This document shows, piece after piece, positions 9,527 through 19,883 of a stretch of DNA of 64,000 nt. How positions within the stretch are numbered: the first letter of the stretch is position 1; every line of letters begins with the position of its first letter. The position numbers and the translations under genes were made by a program. The notes below the pieces were generated by a model, which searched no databases, had not been told where the DNA came from, and worked only from the letters and a program-made list of their open reading frames with translations. Source of the stretch: an uncultured Acholeplasmatales bacterium (GTDB lineage Bacteria > Bacillota_I > Bacilli_A > Acholeplasmatales > Anaeroplasmataceae); contig CALUXR010000008.1 in NCBI GenBank assembly GCA_944324795.1, positions 5,753-69,752 of the forward strand, read 5' to 3'.

Positions 9527-10870
9527 ATGCTTTTTAGAGAAAGTGAAACTATAGAATTAAAAGAAATTGTAGTTGATGAAATAAAAAAAGAAATTATCGC
9601 GTTTGCTAATAGTGATGGTGGGAAAATATTTATAGGAGTTTCTGATGATGGTATGGTAGTTGGTGTTGATGATCCAGATGATGTGTCTTTGCAAATCAGT
9701 AATATGGTAAGAGATGCAATCAAACCAGATGTAACGATGTTTGTGCATTATAAAACTATTGAAGAAGATGGAAAGAAAATTGTTGTTGTAGATATACAGC
9801 GAGGAACGGATAGACCTTATTATCTCTCAAAAAAAGGGATGAGACCTGAAGGAGTGTACGTTAGGCAAGGCTATTCATCAGTTCCAGCCTCTGATACAGC
9901 AATCCGTTATATGATTAAAGAAACGGATGGTGACCGCTTTGAGGCTATGCGTTCTTTAAATCAAGAACTTACTTTTGAAGCTGCGAAAAAAGAATTTAAC
10001 CTTCGAAGGGTAGAGTTTGGCCTAAAACAAATGCGTACTTTGAAAATGATTGATTGTGATAATCTTTATACTAATTTAGGATTGCTGCTTTCTGATCAGT
10101 GTGTTCATACAATTAAAGTTGCGACTTTTCAAGGAACTGATCAAACTGTTTTTAAAGATCGGCGAGAATTTAGTGGATCATTGCTTCGTCAAATGAATGA
10201 AACATATGATTATATAGATTTTCGTAATCAGACTCGTGCGACAGTAGAGAAATTAGTAAGAATTGATGTTAGAGATTATCCTGTAATTGCTGTTAGGGAA
10301 GCATTATTAAATTTGCTTGTACATCGCGATTATTCTTTTAGTGCTAGTGCACTTATTAGCATCTATACTGATAGAATTGAATTCGTATCTATTGGTGGAT
10401 TAATGCCAGGTATTGATTTAGAAGATATTATGCTTGGGATTTCAGTATGTAGAAACCAAGATTTAGCAAATATATTTTATCGTTTACATTTGATTGAGGC
10501 TTATGGTACTGGAATAGGAAAAATAATGAACGCATATGATGGAATGTCAAAAAAGCCAACTATTGAAGTTACTAAAAATGCCTTTAAAATTATGCTACCA
10601 AATATTAATGCTAAATATGAAAACAATATTGAATTAATTCAAAACAAAACAGAAAAAAGTAATCACTTTAATACCTTATTAAATGATGATGAAGAAAAAA
10701 CGTTAGAATATGTTAAAGAACATAATTTTGTTACAAGAAATCAAGTTAGTAAATTGTTAAAAGTTAGTGACTCTACTAGTACAAGAATTCTTCAAAAATT
10801 AGTAAAAGAGAATTTTTTAAAACAAAAAGGTGCTGGTAGAAACACTAGGTATACTATCATAAATGAATAG
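9527..10870 (+). CDS. AlbA_2 (Schlafen-like) domain / RecG-C-like HATPase_c_4 domain / wHTH protein
   Basis: N-terminus ESETIELKE...IAFANSDGGKIFIGVSDDG.VVGV; middle REALLNLLVHRDYS...SVCRNQDLANIF...EAYGTGIGKI; C-terminal wHTH (VSDSTSTRILQKLVKENFL). Often mis-annotated as RecG-related. Confidence 0.8.
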   Translation: MLFRESETIELKEIVVDEIKKEIIAFANSDGGKIFIGVSDDGMVVGVDDPDDVSLQISNMVRDAIKPDVTMFVHYKTIEEDGKKIVVVDIQRGTDRPYYLSKKGMRPEGVYVRQGYSSVPASDTAIRYMIKETDGDRFEAMRSLNQELTFEAAKKEFNLRRVEFGLKQMRTLKMIDCDNLYTNLGLLLSDQCVHTIKVATFQGTDQTVFKDRREFSGSLLRQMNETYDYIDFRNQTRATVEKLVRIDVRDYPVIAVREALLNLLVHRDYSFSASALISIYTDRIEFVSIGGLMPGIDLEDIMLGISVCRNQDLANIFYRLHLIEAYGTGIGKIMNAYDGMSKKPTIEVTKNAFKIMLPNINAKYENNIELIQNKTEKSNHFNTLLNDDEEKTLEYVKEHNFVTRNQVSKLLKVSDSTSTRILQKLVKENFLKQKGAGRNTRYTIINE

Positions 10871-11081
10871 AAGCATAATGATCGATATTTTTAAAATTGA
10901 CCTCTTATATATATTACTTAATATGCTAAAATAACTAAATTAGCATAAAAAAACATAATTAATAAAGTCTTAATTTAAAAAAATCTATTAAGTGAACCTT
11001 TTTCTTTACAATTAATATTTATTTATTATATAATATTTCCGCTATGGGGACCTTTATGGCCTCAAGAGAAAGGAATATATA

Positions 11082-11750
11082 ATGAATAATAGTTTTAAAA
11101 TTAAAAGAGTAGTAGGAATAGGTGTCTTATTAGCTTTAGTTATTGTATTTCAATTAATATCTAATTATGTTCAATTTGGCCCTATTAGTATTACATTAGC
11201 TCTTATACCACTTGCGATGGGAGCTATACTTTATGGACCAATTGTTGGCTTAATTTTAGGTTTAGTTATGGGTGCTTTAATTCTTACAGCTCCTTCAACT
11301 AGTTTATTTTTAAGTTTTAATATTTGGTATACCATTTTATTATGTTTATTAAAAACTGGTTTAGCTGGTTTAATTAGTGGCTTATTATTTAAGCTTTTTA
11401 TAAGATTAAATTTCTTAAAAAAGGCTAAATTACCTCTAGCTATAATTATTTCTGCTTTAATTTGCCCAATTATCAATACTTTTACATTTATTTTAGGTAT
11501 TAGTTTGATGTTTAAAGGGGCTGATATTGGCGGAGGATTAATCGTATCTAATGATTTTGCAACAGCTTTTAGTAGTGTTTATAGTGCTGTAATAACCTTA
11601 AACTTCTTAATTGAGTTTTTAGTTAGTGCAATTTTAAGTCCGGCTTTAGTTTATTTAGTAAAAATATTAGCAAAACAAAATAATTTAGGCTTTCAAAACG
11701 ACTTTTATATTAATACATATAATGAAGAAAATATTTTTGATAGTGATTAG
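11082..11750 (+). CDS. polytopic membrane protein, ECF-transporter S-component-like (possibly pantothenate, given coaX downstream)
   Basis: 222 aa with about 6 hydrophobic helices. It lies 9 nt upstream of coaX. The promoter is TTTACA (11005-11010), 18 bp, TATAAT (11029-11034). Substrate assignment is inferred from context only. Confidence 0.5.
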   Translation: MNNSFKIKRVVGIGVLLALVIVFQLISNYVQFGPISITLALIPLAMGAILYGPIVGLILGLVMGALILTAPSTSLFLSFNIWYTILLCLLKTGLAGLISGLLFKLFIRLNFLKKAKLPLAIIISALICPIINTFTFILGISLMFKGADIGGGLIVSNDFATAFSSVYSAVITLNFLIEFLVSAILSPALVYLVKILAKQNNLGFQNDFYINTYNEENIFDSD

Positions 11751-11759
11751 GAGTATTAT

Positions 11760-12506
11760 ATGCATTTATTAATAGATATTGGTAATTCAAGTATTTTTCT
11801 TGGTTTAGAAGAAAATAAAAATATTATTAAAACATATCGTATTAATAGTGATATAAATAAATCGGCTGATGAATATTTATTTACTATTGCCCCATTTTTA
11901 ACAAGTTATCAAATAGATGATGTCTTAATTTGCAGTGTTGTGCCAATTTTAACAAGCACTTTAAAGAAAAGTATTAAAACTTTATTAAAACTTGAACCAA
12001 AAATAATGGGCTTTGGTATGAAAACTGGCCTAAATATTAAAACAGATGATCCTAAAACGGTTGGTTCTGATTTAATAGCCGATAGTGTTGCAGCAAGTTT
12101 AAGTTATAAAGAATGTTTAATTTTAGATTTAGGAACAGCTACTAAATATTTATATATTAAAAATAACACTTTATGTGGAGTAGCGATTGGTCCTGGGGTT
12201 GCTGTATCGACAAAGGCAATGATCAATCATGCAGCATTATTACCAAATATTGAATTAGTAGCTCCTAAAAAAGTCTTAAATACAGCCACTATACCTTGTA
12301 TGCAAAGTGGAATTATATATGGTTTTAGTTCAATGATTGATGGAATGATTGATAAAATAAAAGTAGAAGTTGCAAATCCTAATTTAAAAGTAGTAGCCTG
12401 TGGGGGATTGTCATCACTTATTATTCCTATTTGTCATAATGAAATTATTATAGATGAAGATTTAATCTTAAAAGGATTAATTGCTATATATTATAAAAAT
12501 ATATAA
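11760..12506 (+). CDS. coaX: type III pantothenate kinase
   Basis: N-terminus LLIDIGNSSI and an ASKHA-fold pattern; 248 aa. Confidence 0.85.
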   Translation: MHLLIDIGNSSIFLGLEENKNIIKTYRINSDINKSADEYLFTIAPFLTSYQIDDVLICSVVPILTSTLKKSIKTLLKLEPKIMGFGMKTGLNIKTDDPKTVGSDLIADSVAASLSYKECLILDLGTATKYLYIKNNTLCGVAIGPGVAVSTKAMINHAALLPNIELVAPKKVLNTATIPCMQSGIIYGFSSMIDGMIDKIKVEVANPNLKVVACGGLSSLIIPICHNEIIIDEDLILKGLIAIYYKNI

Positions 12507-12530
12507 TAAATCAAATATGATATAGATAAG

Positions 12531-12557
12531 AACAGTTTAAAAATAAACTGTTTTTTT
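12531..12557 (+). terminator. rho-independent terminator after coaX
   Basis: 9-bp stem AACAGTTTA/TAAACTGTT, loop AAAA, T-run. Confidence 0.75.
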
Positions 12558-12576
12558 CTTTTCTTTTTCATAAAAC

Positions 12577-12605
12577 TTGAAAGCCTTTTCATTTTATGGT
12601 AGAAT
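12577..12605 (+). promoter_or_regulatory. promoter of pgcA
   Basis: TTGAAA (12577-12582), 17 bp, TAGAAT (12600-12605). AGAGG RBS before the ATG at 12628. Confidence 0.6.
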
Positions 12606-12627
12606 TAATCGAAAGAGGTATTAGGAA

Positions 12628-14313
12628 ATGAATTATTTAGAAAAATATGATTTATGGAAAAATTATAAAGATTTAGATCCTAAATTAAAAGAAGAACTTT
12701 TAAAAATGGATGATAAAGCAAAACAAGAAGCTTTTACAAATGATTTAGAATTTGGTACTGGTGGTATGCGTGGTATTCTTGGTGCTGGAACAAATCGGAT
12801 GAATATTTATATTGTTGCGAAAGCTACTCTTGGTTTTGGTAGATATTTAGCAAATTATGATAATGCTTATCAAAGAGGTGTCGCAATTTCATATGATAAT
12901 AGACATTATTCACCTGAATTTGCGCGCATTTCTGCTGAAGTTTTATCAACATTAGGCTTCAAAGTTTATTTATTTGAATCTTTAAGACCAACACCTGAAT
13001 TATCATTTGCCGTAAGACATTTTGGTTGTGTTGGTGGTATTATGATTACTGCTAGTCATAATCCTAAAGAATATAATGGATATAAAATTTATGATGAAAC
13101 AGGTTGTCAATTAGTACCTAAAGATGCTGATAAAGTTATTGCTGAAATTAATAAAATTGCTGATTATTTTGGTATTGATCATAGTAAAAATCACGAATTA
13201 ATTCAAATTATCGGTAAAGATGTTGATGATGTTTATATTAATGAAGTAAAAAAGATCATTTTAAGACCTAATTTAAAGAAAGATTTTAAAATGGTTTATA
13301 CTCCACTTCATGGTACAGGACAAGTTTTTGCGGTAGATGTACTTCGTTCATGTGGTTATGATGTAACTCCTGTAGCTCAACAAATGACATGCGATCCTGA
13401 TTTTAGTGGTGTTAAAACTTCAAATCCTGAAAATAAAGAAGCTTTTGATGAAGGTATTGAACTTGCTCGTCAAATTGGTGCTGATATTGTTTTAGCTACT
13501 GACCCTGATGCTGACCGTCTTGGCATAGCTGTACTTCATAATGGAACTTATCATTTATTTACAGGAAATCAAACTGCAGCTATCGTTTTAAAATATATTT
13601 TATCAACTCGTAAAGAACTTGGAACACTTCCTAAAGATGGTTATGTTTTCACAACTAATGTATCATCAAGCCTACCGGTAGTTATTGCTAAAGATTATGG
13701 TATGAAAGTAGAAATTACTTTAACTGGTTTCAAATTCATTGGTGAAAAAGCTAGAGAAATGGAACAAGGAAAAGGTACTTATGTATTTGGCTTTGAAGAA
13801 TCTTATGGTTGTCTTGTAAGCCCAATTGTTCGCGATAAAGATTCTATTCAAGCTATCTTAATGCTTAGTGAAGCTGCTGCTTATTATCGTTCAAAAGGTA
13901 TGGATTTATATGATGCCTTAGAAGCTATTTATAAAGAATATGGTTATTATAAAGAAAGTATCACTAATATTGTTTTAAAAGGTTTAGATGGTTCTAAAAA
14001 AATACAACAAATTATGGATTATTTCCGTAATAATGAGATTCATTTAGATGGCTTTGAAGTATTAGTTAAAGATGATGTTAAAAAAGGTATTAAATATGAT
14101 TTAGTAAATAAAACAGAATCTAAGATTGACCTACCTTCATCTAATGTTATTAAATATTATCTTCCTGATGATACTTGGTTTGTATTACGTCCAAGTGGTA
14201 CAGAACCTAAATTAAAAGTATATTATGGTGTTAAAGCTAATTCAGAAAAAGAAGCTGACATTAAGGTTAAAGAATTAACAGATAAAGTTTTAGCAATTGT
14301 TAATAAAATTTAA
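12628..14313 (+). CDS. pgcA: phosphoglucomutase/phosphomannomutase (alpha-D-phosphohexomutase)
   Basis: Active-site TASHNPKEYNGYK and Mg loop DPDADR; 561 aa. Confidence 0.88.
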   Translation: MNYLEKYDLWKNYKDLDPKLKEELLKMDDKAKQEAFTNDLEFGTGGMRGILGAGTNRMNIYIVAKATLGFGRYLANYDNAYQRGVAISYDNRHYSPEFARISAEVLSTLGFKVYLFESLRPTPELSFAVRHFGCVGGIMITASHNPKEYNGYKIYDETGCQLVPKDADKVIAEINKIADYFGIDHSKNHELIQIIGKDVDDVYINEVKKIILRPNLKKDFKMVYTPLHGTGQVFAVDVLRSCGYDVTPVAQQMTCDPDFSGVKTSNPENKEAFDEGIELARQIGADIVLATDPDADRLGIAVLHNGTYHLFTGNQTAAIVLKYILSTRKELGTLPKDGYVFTTNVSSSLPVVIAKDYGMKVEITLTGFKFIGEKAREMEQGKGTYVFGFEESYGCLVSPIVRDKDSIQAILMLSEAAAYYRSKGMDLYDALEAIYKEYGYYKESITNIVLKGLDGSKKIQQIMDYFRNNEIHLDGFEVLVKDDVKKGIKYDLVNKTESKIDLPSSNVIKYYLPDDTWFVLRPSGTEPKLKVYYGVKANSEKEADIKVKELTDKVLAIVNKI

Positions 14314-14328
14314 TTTTTAAATTATAAG

Positions 14329-14368
14329 AGCTAGAAAGTAGAAGATTACTTTTTAGCTTTTTATTTTT
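14329..14368 (+). terminator. rho-independent terminator after pgcA
   Basis: 12-bp stem AGCTAGAAAGTA/TACTTTTTAGCT (1 mismatch) followed by a T-run. Confidence 0.65.
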
Positions 14369-14435
14369 ATAAATAATAAAATTTTATATATAAAAGTGAT
14401 ATAATTAACATGTATTATAAAATGGAAGTGAAAAA

Positions 14436-15371
14436 ATGAAAAAATTGATAGCTATAGGTGAAGCATTAATTGATTTTATTCCAAATGTAAAAGGATATGA
14501 GCCTAAAGTAGGTGGAGCCCCTTTAAATGTTTTAGGTGCTTTTAGAAAACTTGGAGGAAATGTTTTATTATATAGTGCAGTTGGTAATGATTTATTTGGC
14601 CAAATGATTATTAATTATTTAATTAAAAATAAAATAGATTATAAAAGAATTAAAAAAGTACAAGAAAAAACCTTACTTTCATTTGTTACTTACAATAATA
14701 ATGATCGAGAATTTTATTTTTCTAATCTTAATCCAAGTTACAAATATTTTAATGAATTTGATTTATATGAAGAAGATTTTCTTAATACTTATGCTATTCA
14801 TTTTTGTTCTGTTGCTTTAAAAGATGGGGATATGTTATTAGCTCATAAAAAAATGATAGAAATTGCTAAAAAATATAATGTTTATATTAGCTTTGATTTA
14901 AATATAAGAAGACAATTATATAATGATGATAATTTACTAAGAAATAGAATAGAAGAATTCATTAATGAAGCAGATATTATTAAAATTAGTGATGATGAAT
15001 TTAATTTTTTATATCCTAATGAAAATTTTAATACAATTTTTAATAATTTATTAAATAAGAATGCTAAATTAATTTTATATACATTAGGTAGTAAAGGAAG
15101 TTATGCGATTAATAAAGAAAATCTTATTTATCTAGATGCATATAAAATAAATAAGATTGTTGATACAACCGGAGCTGGAGATGGTTTTATTGGGAGTTTT
15201 TTGTATCAATTAGCTAAAAATAATATTGATTTAAATAAAATAGATAAATTAACTTTAACTAATTTTTTAAAATTTTCTAATATGTTTTCAGGATTAAGTA
15301 TCAGAAAAAAAGGTGCAATTGCTTCATATCCTAGTAAAAAGGAAGTTTTAAGCAATTTAATTAATAATTAA
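14436..15371 (+). CDS. PfkB-family carbohydrate kinase (fructokinase-like)
   Basis: IGEALIDFIP N-terminus and DTTGAGDGF ATP-site motif; 311 aa. Confidence 0.8.
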   Translation: MKKLIAIGEALIDFIPNVKGYEPKVGGAPLNVLGAFRKLGGNVLLYSAVGNDLFGQMIINYLIKNKIDYKRIKKVQEKTLLSFVTYNNNDREFYFSNLNPSYKYFNEFDLYEEDFLNTYAIHFCSVALKDGDMLLAHKKMIEIAKKYNVYISFDLNIRRQLYNDDNLLRNRIEEFINEADIIKISDDEFNFLYPNENFNTIFNNLLNKNAKLILYTLGSKGSYAINKENLIYLDAYKINKIVDTTGAGDGFIGSFLYQLAKNNIDLNKIDKLTLTNFLKFSNMFSGLSIRKKGAIASYPSKKEVLSNLINN

Positions 15372-15469
15372 TTAGAATTAATGTATAATTATTTATTATA
15401 AATTAATATTATTAATAAGTATTATACATAATAAAATTGATGTTATATAATTAAGATGAGGTTGATATA

Positions 15470-16312
15470 ATGAATAAAATAGAAAATAAGACTTTTTCTA
15501 GTGAAAGAAGTTTATATAATTTGATTGATACAATCGTTATAAATTGTCAATTTTCAGGTATTGAAGATGGTGAATCGCCATTAAAAGAAGGAAGAAATAT
15601 ATCATTATTAAATTCATTAATTGATTTACGTTATCCTTTATGGCATGACGTTAATTTAATTGTTGAAGATACTACTTTAACTACTAATAGTAGAGCCGCA
15701 TTATGGTATTCAAAAAATATAAAAATTAATAATTCATATCTTCATGGTATTAAAGCTTTAAGAGAATGTGAAAATATTGAAATAAACAATACAGATATTA
15801 TATCTGATGAATTTGGTTGGCGAAATAATAATTTAAATATTTCTAATTCTAAATTAGAAGGTGTATATGCATTTTTTGAAACTAAAAATATTGAAATTGA
15901 TAATTTAACATTTAAAGGTAAATATAGTTTTCAATATGTAAATAATATGCATATAAAAGATTCTAATTTTAATACTAAAGATGCTTTTTGGCATGCTAGT
16001 AATGTAGTAGTTAAAGATAGTTATTTAGAAGGTGAATATTTAGGTTGGTATAGTAATAATTTAACATTAATAAATTGTACTATTAAAGGAACACAACCAT
16101 TATGTTATTGTAAAAATTTAAAATTAATTAATTGTAAAATGATTGATTGTGACTTAGCTTTTGAATATAGTGAAGTTGAAGCTAATATTATTGGTAATAT
16201 TTTAAGTGTTAAAAACGTTTTAAAAGGTGAAGTTATAGCTGATAGTATTGGTGAAATTATAAATAAAGACTCTATTTATAAAATAGAAGGAGTAGTTAAA
16301 ACTAGAAAATAA
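15470..16312 (+). CDS. parallel beta-helix repeat protein (DUF3737-like)
   Basis: 280 aa with repeated ~22-aa N(I/L)x(I/L)xNSxL/C segments. The family name is from memory only. Confidence 0.5.
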   Translation: MNKIENKTFSSERSLYNLIDTIVINCQFSGIEDGESPLKEGRNISLLNSLIDLRYPLWHDVNLIVEDTTLTTNSRAALWYSKNIKINNSYLHGIKALRECENIEINNTDIISDEFGWRNNNLNISNSKLEGVYAFFETKNIEIDNLTFKGKYSFQYVNNMHIKDSNFNTKDAFWHASNVVVKDSYLEGEYLGWYSNNLTLINCTIKGTQPLCYCKNLKLINCKMIDCDLAFEYSEVEANIIGNILSVKNVLKGEVIADSIGEIINKDSIYKIEGVVKTRK

Positions 16313-16337
16313 GGAGGAAGTTAAATACTTCCTCCTT
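16311..16337. terminator. bidirectional hairpin between convergent genes
   Basis: 11-bp stem AAGGAGGAAGT/ACTTCCTCCTT with loop TAAAT, flanked by A/T runs. Overlaps both stops. Confidence 0.7.
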
Positions 16338-17521
16338 TATTTAGCTAAAACATATTTTCTAAATATTTCCATATCATCATAATTTTTAAATATAGCTGTA
16401 AATTGTTCATTTCCCATCGCAGCACTCAAGATTTCAGGCATTCTTTCATGCATTTTAATATTATTTTGATATTTATATAAGATATTTTCAGTAGTATTTA
16501 AATAATTATAACGATCACGACGAGCAACATAAACACAATAAAATTTTTCTTTATTTATATCAACATTGGTTTGATTAAAGCACATTATATCAGCCCAAAT
16601 TTTATAAGTATCTACCGAACCTGCAAAATTGATCATATCAGGCGTATAACCCCCAGGTGGACGCATATTAACTTCAAGCGCTACGATATCACCAACTTCA
16701 CCAAGACCTGGTTTTGGCTTAGTTAAGCGGAAAAATTCTAAATGAAAATATCTTTTTTGAATACCAAAAGCTTTTAAGACGGCTTGACCAATATCAAAGA
16801 CATCTTTAGGACATTCTTTATTTACATAATAAGAAACTTCTAGATTTTCATTAACAATATCCATGATTGAAGGTGGGAAAATTTCATTATCACAATATAC
16901 AACATTGCTTTGTTCATCGCAAATGCCATCAAATGATATAATATTACCTTCAATAAATTCTTCTAAAATATAAGGTACAGTATAATGATGATCATGAAAG
17001 TTTAATAAATCATCATAACATTTAATTTTAAAAGTTTCTGCAGCTCCAACCCCTACATCAGGTTTAGCAACAATAGGATAACCAACTAAATTAATAAATT
17101 CTAAATCACTATTTATATCACTTGAAAATTTATATCTAGCATGGGCGACACCAGCTTTTTCATAATATTTTTTCATTTTTGATTTACTTGTAAAATCAAC
17201 AACATTTTTTAATTTAGGTCCCCAAATATTAAAATCTTCTCTTAGCTTTGCATCTTGATGTAGCCAATATTCGTTATTAGATTCTAAATAATCAATTTTG
17301 CCATATTTAAAACTAAAATAAGCAACGGCTTTAAAAACTTGTTCATAATCTTCCATATTATTAACATAATAATATTCACTTAAACTATCTTTACATTCAT
17401 TAGTTAAAGCATCATATGGTGTATCACCTATTCCTAAAACATTAGTTCCATTATCTCTTAATTTTTGACAAAAACGATAATAAGTCTTAGGGAATGCAGG
17501 TGATCTAAAAATAAAATTCAC
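16337..17521 (-). CDS. ATP-grasp domain protein (carboxylate-amine ligase-like)
   Basis: 394 aa with an ATP-grasp core (GYPIVAKPDVGVGA...ILEEFIEG...LEVNMRPPGG). Confidence 0.7.
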   Translation of the reverse strand: MNFIFRSPAFPKTYYRFCQKLRDNGTNVLGIGDTPYDALTNECKDSLSEYYYVNNMEDYEQVFKAVAYFSFKYGKIDYLESNNEYWLHQDAKLREDFNIWGPKLKNVVDFTSKSKMKKYYEKAGVAHARYKFSSDINSDLEFINLVGYPIVAKPDVGVGAAETFKIKCYDDLLNFHDHHYTVPYILEEFIEGNIISFDGICDEQSNVVYCDNEIFPPSIMDIVNENLEVSYYVNKECPKDVFDIGQAVLKAFGIQKRYFHLEFFRLTKPKPGLGEVGDIVALEVNMRPPGGYTPDMINFAGSVDTYKIWADIMCFNQTNVDINKEKFYCVYVARRDRYNYLNTTENILYKYQNNIKMHERMPEILSAAMGNEQFTAIFKNYDDMEIFRKYVLAK

Positions 17522-17638
17522 AATATCGCCTCCTTGATTTTATTATATCATAATAAATATAAAATTGCTAAAATAATTGCATATATTTACTTATCTATTA
17601 TATAATATAGAAAATTTATTAAAGAAAGTAGTGATTAT

Positions 17639-18376
17639 ATGAAGAAAAAAATTAAAGTACAAGTTGAAGAAGAAATTAAAGTTAATAATAAACTCACTAA
17701 TCCTCTATTAGGAGTTAAATTTTGGCTTTTTACAATAGCTAGTGCCCTACTTATTGCTGTTGGAATCTGGTTGTTAGTTGACAAAACGCTTGCATCTAGT
17801 CTTGCAGTTGGTTTTACAGGTATTGTTATTTGTTTATTTGGTTTAATTAGAGTTATACCATTAGTTAAAACAAGAAAAGGAAATATGGCTAAATTTGTAA
17901 CCATTTTAGAAATTGTAATAAATGTTTTATTAGGCTTATTCCTATTATATGCAGCAGCTATTATTAAAAAAGAAGATAATGCCCTAGGTGATTTCGTAAC
18001 AAAATATTATAGATTTTTCTTAGGCTTTGCATTCTATTTAAAATCTATATTTTATTTTATTAATACAAGTTTATTAAAAGAAGAAACTAATAAATTTGAA
18101 TTTTGGGTTCATATTTTAATAATTACAATTGCGGTTGTTATTTTTGCTGCTAATTTTGATGCTTCTAATTTAGCGATATTTATAGCTATATTAGCATTAA
18201 TTTGTGGTATTTTCTTAATTGGTATGGCTGGTGGTTCTTATTTTAATTATCGTAAGACAATTAATAAAAAACCAAGAAAAGTTAAAGAAGAAAAGGAAAA
18301 TATTGAAGAAAATAAAGAAGAAGAATTAATATTACCAACTAATGATGAAAAAAATAATGAAACTTATGTAAATTAG
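17639..18376 (+). CDS. membrane protein, hypothetical, with a Lys/Glu-rich tail
   Basis: 245 aa with about 6 hydrophobic segments. The antisense ORF 17635-17904 is rejected. Confidence 0.6.
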   Translation: MKKKIKVQVEEEIKVNNKLTNPLLGVKFWLFTIASALLIAVGIWLLVDKTLASSLAVGFTGIVICLFGLIRVIPLVKTRKGNMAKFVTILEIVINVLLGLFLLYAAAIIKKEDNALGDFVTKYYRFFLGFAFYLKSIFYFINTSLLKEETNKFEFWVHILIITIAVVIFAANFDASNLAIFIAILALICGIFLIGMAGGSYFNYRKTINKKPRKVKEEKENIEENKEEELILPTNDEKNNETYVN

Positions 18377-18455
18377 GTTTCATTTTTTGTAAATATCTTT
18401 TGCAATTTTTATTTAGATATGGTAAAATTACTTAATGTATGAAAGGAAGATAAAT

Positions 18456-19745
18456 ATGATTACAGAAAAATTAGAACATAGCCGTATGAAGGCCACTTTT
18501 GCTGTAACTAAGGAAGAATTTGAAACAGCTTTAGACTACTCATTTAAAAAAAATAATGAAAAAGTAACAATCAAAGGCTTTAGAAAGGGTAAAGCACCAC
18601 GCGATATGTTTGAAAAGATATATGGTGTTGAAGCTTTATATGAAGATGCTATTGATTATGTTTTAAATAATAAGCTAAAGGAAATTTATAATGATAAAGA
18701 ATTAGTTAAAATTGTTCTTGGTAACTTCATTCCTGAATTTGAAGAAGGATTTAAATTAGAACGTGGTAAAGACTTTAATATTTCACTTGTATTTGATGTA
18801 AGACCTGAATTTAATTTACCTCAATATAAAGGTGTAGAAGTTAAAGAAGCTGATACAACAGTCACTAAAGAAGATGTATTAAATGCTATTAATAATCTAT
18901 TAAAACCAAAAGCTAAAAAAGAAGATAAAGAAGATAAAACTATCGCTCTTGGAAATATTGCTAAATTTGACTTTAAAGGTTATGTAAATGATGAACCTTT
19001 TGCAGGTGGCGAAGCTAAAGATTATGAATTAAAGATTGGCTCAAATCAATTCATTCCTGGCTTTGAAACACAAATGGTTGGTATGAAAGAAGGAGAAACT
19101 AAAGATATTTTAGTTACATTCCCTAAAGAATATCAAGCTGAAGATTTAGCTGGTAAAGATGCTAAATTTGTAGTTACTATACATAATGTTTATGAAGAAG
19201 TTTTACCAGAATTAAATGATGATTTCATTAAATCTTTAAATATTAAAGATGTTAATAATAAAGAAGAACTTGAAGCTTATGAAGAAAAAGAATTAAAATC
19301 TCGTAAAGAAATAGCTGAAAAAGATCGTCAAACTAATGAAATTATTAATAAAATTTTAGATAATACTGTTATTGATTTACCAAATATTTTAATTGATGAA
19401 CGTGTTAATGCTATGCGTGCTCAATATGAAAATCAAGCTAAACGTTATAATATTCCTTTTGACACATTCTTATCATTAATGGGAACTGATAAAGAAAAAT
19501 TTGATAAAGAAATCTATGAACAAGGTAAACGTAATGCAATGTTTAGTGAAGTAATGTCTAAGATTATTGAAGTTGAACATTTAGAACCTAAAGAAGAAGC
19601 TATTAACAATTATTTAGGTATTAATGAAAATAATAAGAAAAAAGTTACTCAACAAGAATATCAAGCTGCATTTTCAAATTTAGCATATAATAATATAATT
19701 GAATTCTTACTAGCAAATGCTAAATATGTAAGTAATAAAGAATAA
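18456..19745 (+). CDS. tig: trigger factor
   Basis: Ribosome-binding GFRKGKAPR motif and an FKBP PPIase core (FIPGFETQMVGMK). I prefer the ATG at 18456 (AAAGGAAG RBS) over 18435. Confidence 0.92.
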   Translation: MITEKLEHSRMKATFAVTKEEFETALDYSFKKNNEKVTIKGFRKGKAPRDMFEKIYGVEALYEDAIDYVLNNKLKEIYNDKELVKIVLGNFIPEFEEGFKLERGKDFNISLVFDVRPEFNLPQYKGVEVKEADTTVTKEDVLNAINNLLKPKAKKEDKEDKTIALGNIAKFDFKGYVNDEPFAGGEAKDYELKIGSNQFIPGFETQMVGMKEGETKDILVTFPKEYQAEDLAGKDAKFVVTIHNVYEEVLPELNDDFIKSLNIKDVNNKEELEAYEEKELKSRKEIAEKDRQTNEIINKILDNTVIDLPNILIDERVNAMRAQYENQAKRYNIPFDTFLSLMGTDKEKFDKEIYEQGKRNAMFSEVMSKIIEVEHLEPKEEAINNYLGINENNKKKVTQQEYQAAFSNLAYNNIIEFLLANAKYVSNKE

Positions 19746-19883
19746 TGAATATTAGGGGCTTAGGTCCCTTTATTTTTATTTTAAGTAATTTTGGCAAACT
19801 ACTTGCAATAGTGCCAAAAAATGATATAATATGAAAACGTAGGACTTAATGTCTTAATTTTGTGAAAGGAGAATGTATTAATT

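Larger units (their letters stand above)
9018..10900. mobile_element. remnant of a horizontally acquired islet (type I R-M stub, integrase stub, AlbA_2 gene)
   Basis: It sits between ychF and the ECF/coaX genes. It contains two gene stubs, and the 9527-10870 gene is visibly richer in G/C than its flanks. Confidence 0.45.

Noticed and set aside
11035-11081. Possible riboswitch or RBS-sequestering hairpin (CCTTT 11051-55 pairing with AAAGG 11069-73) ahead of the ECF S-component gene
   Set aside because: The leader is only about 45 nt, and I recognise no known riboswitch motif (TPP, FMN, THF, preQ1 or pan). A 5-bp pairing is weak evidence.
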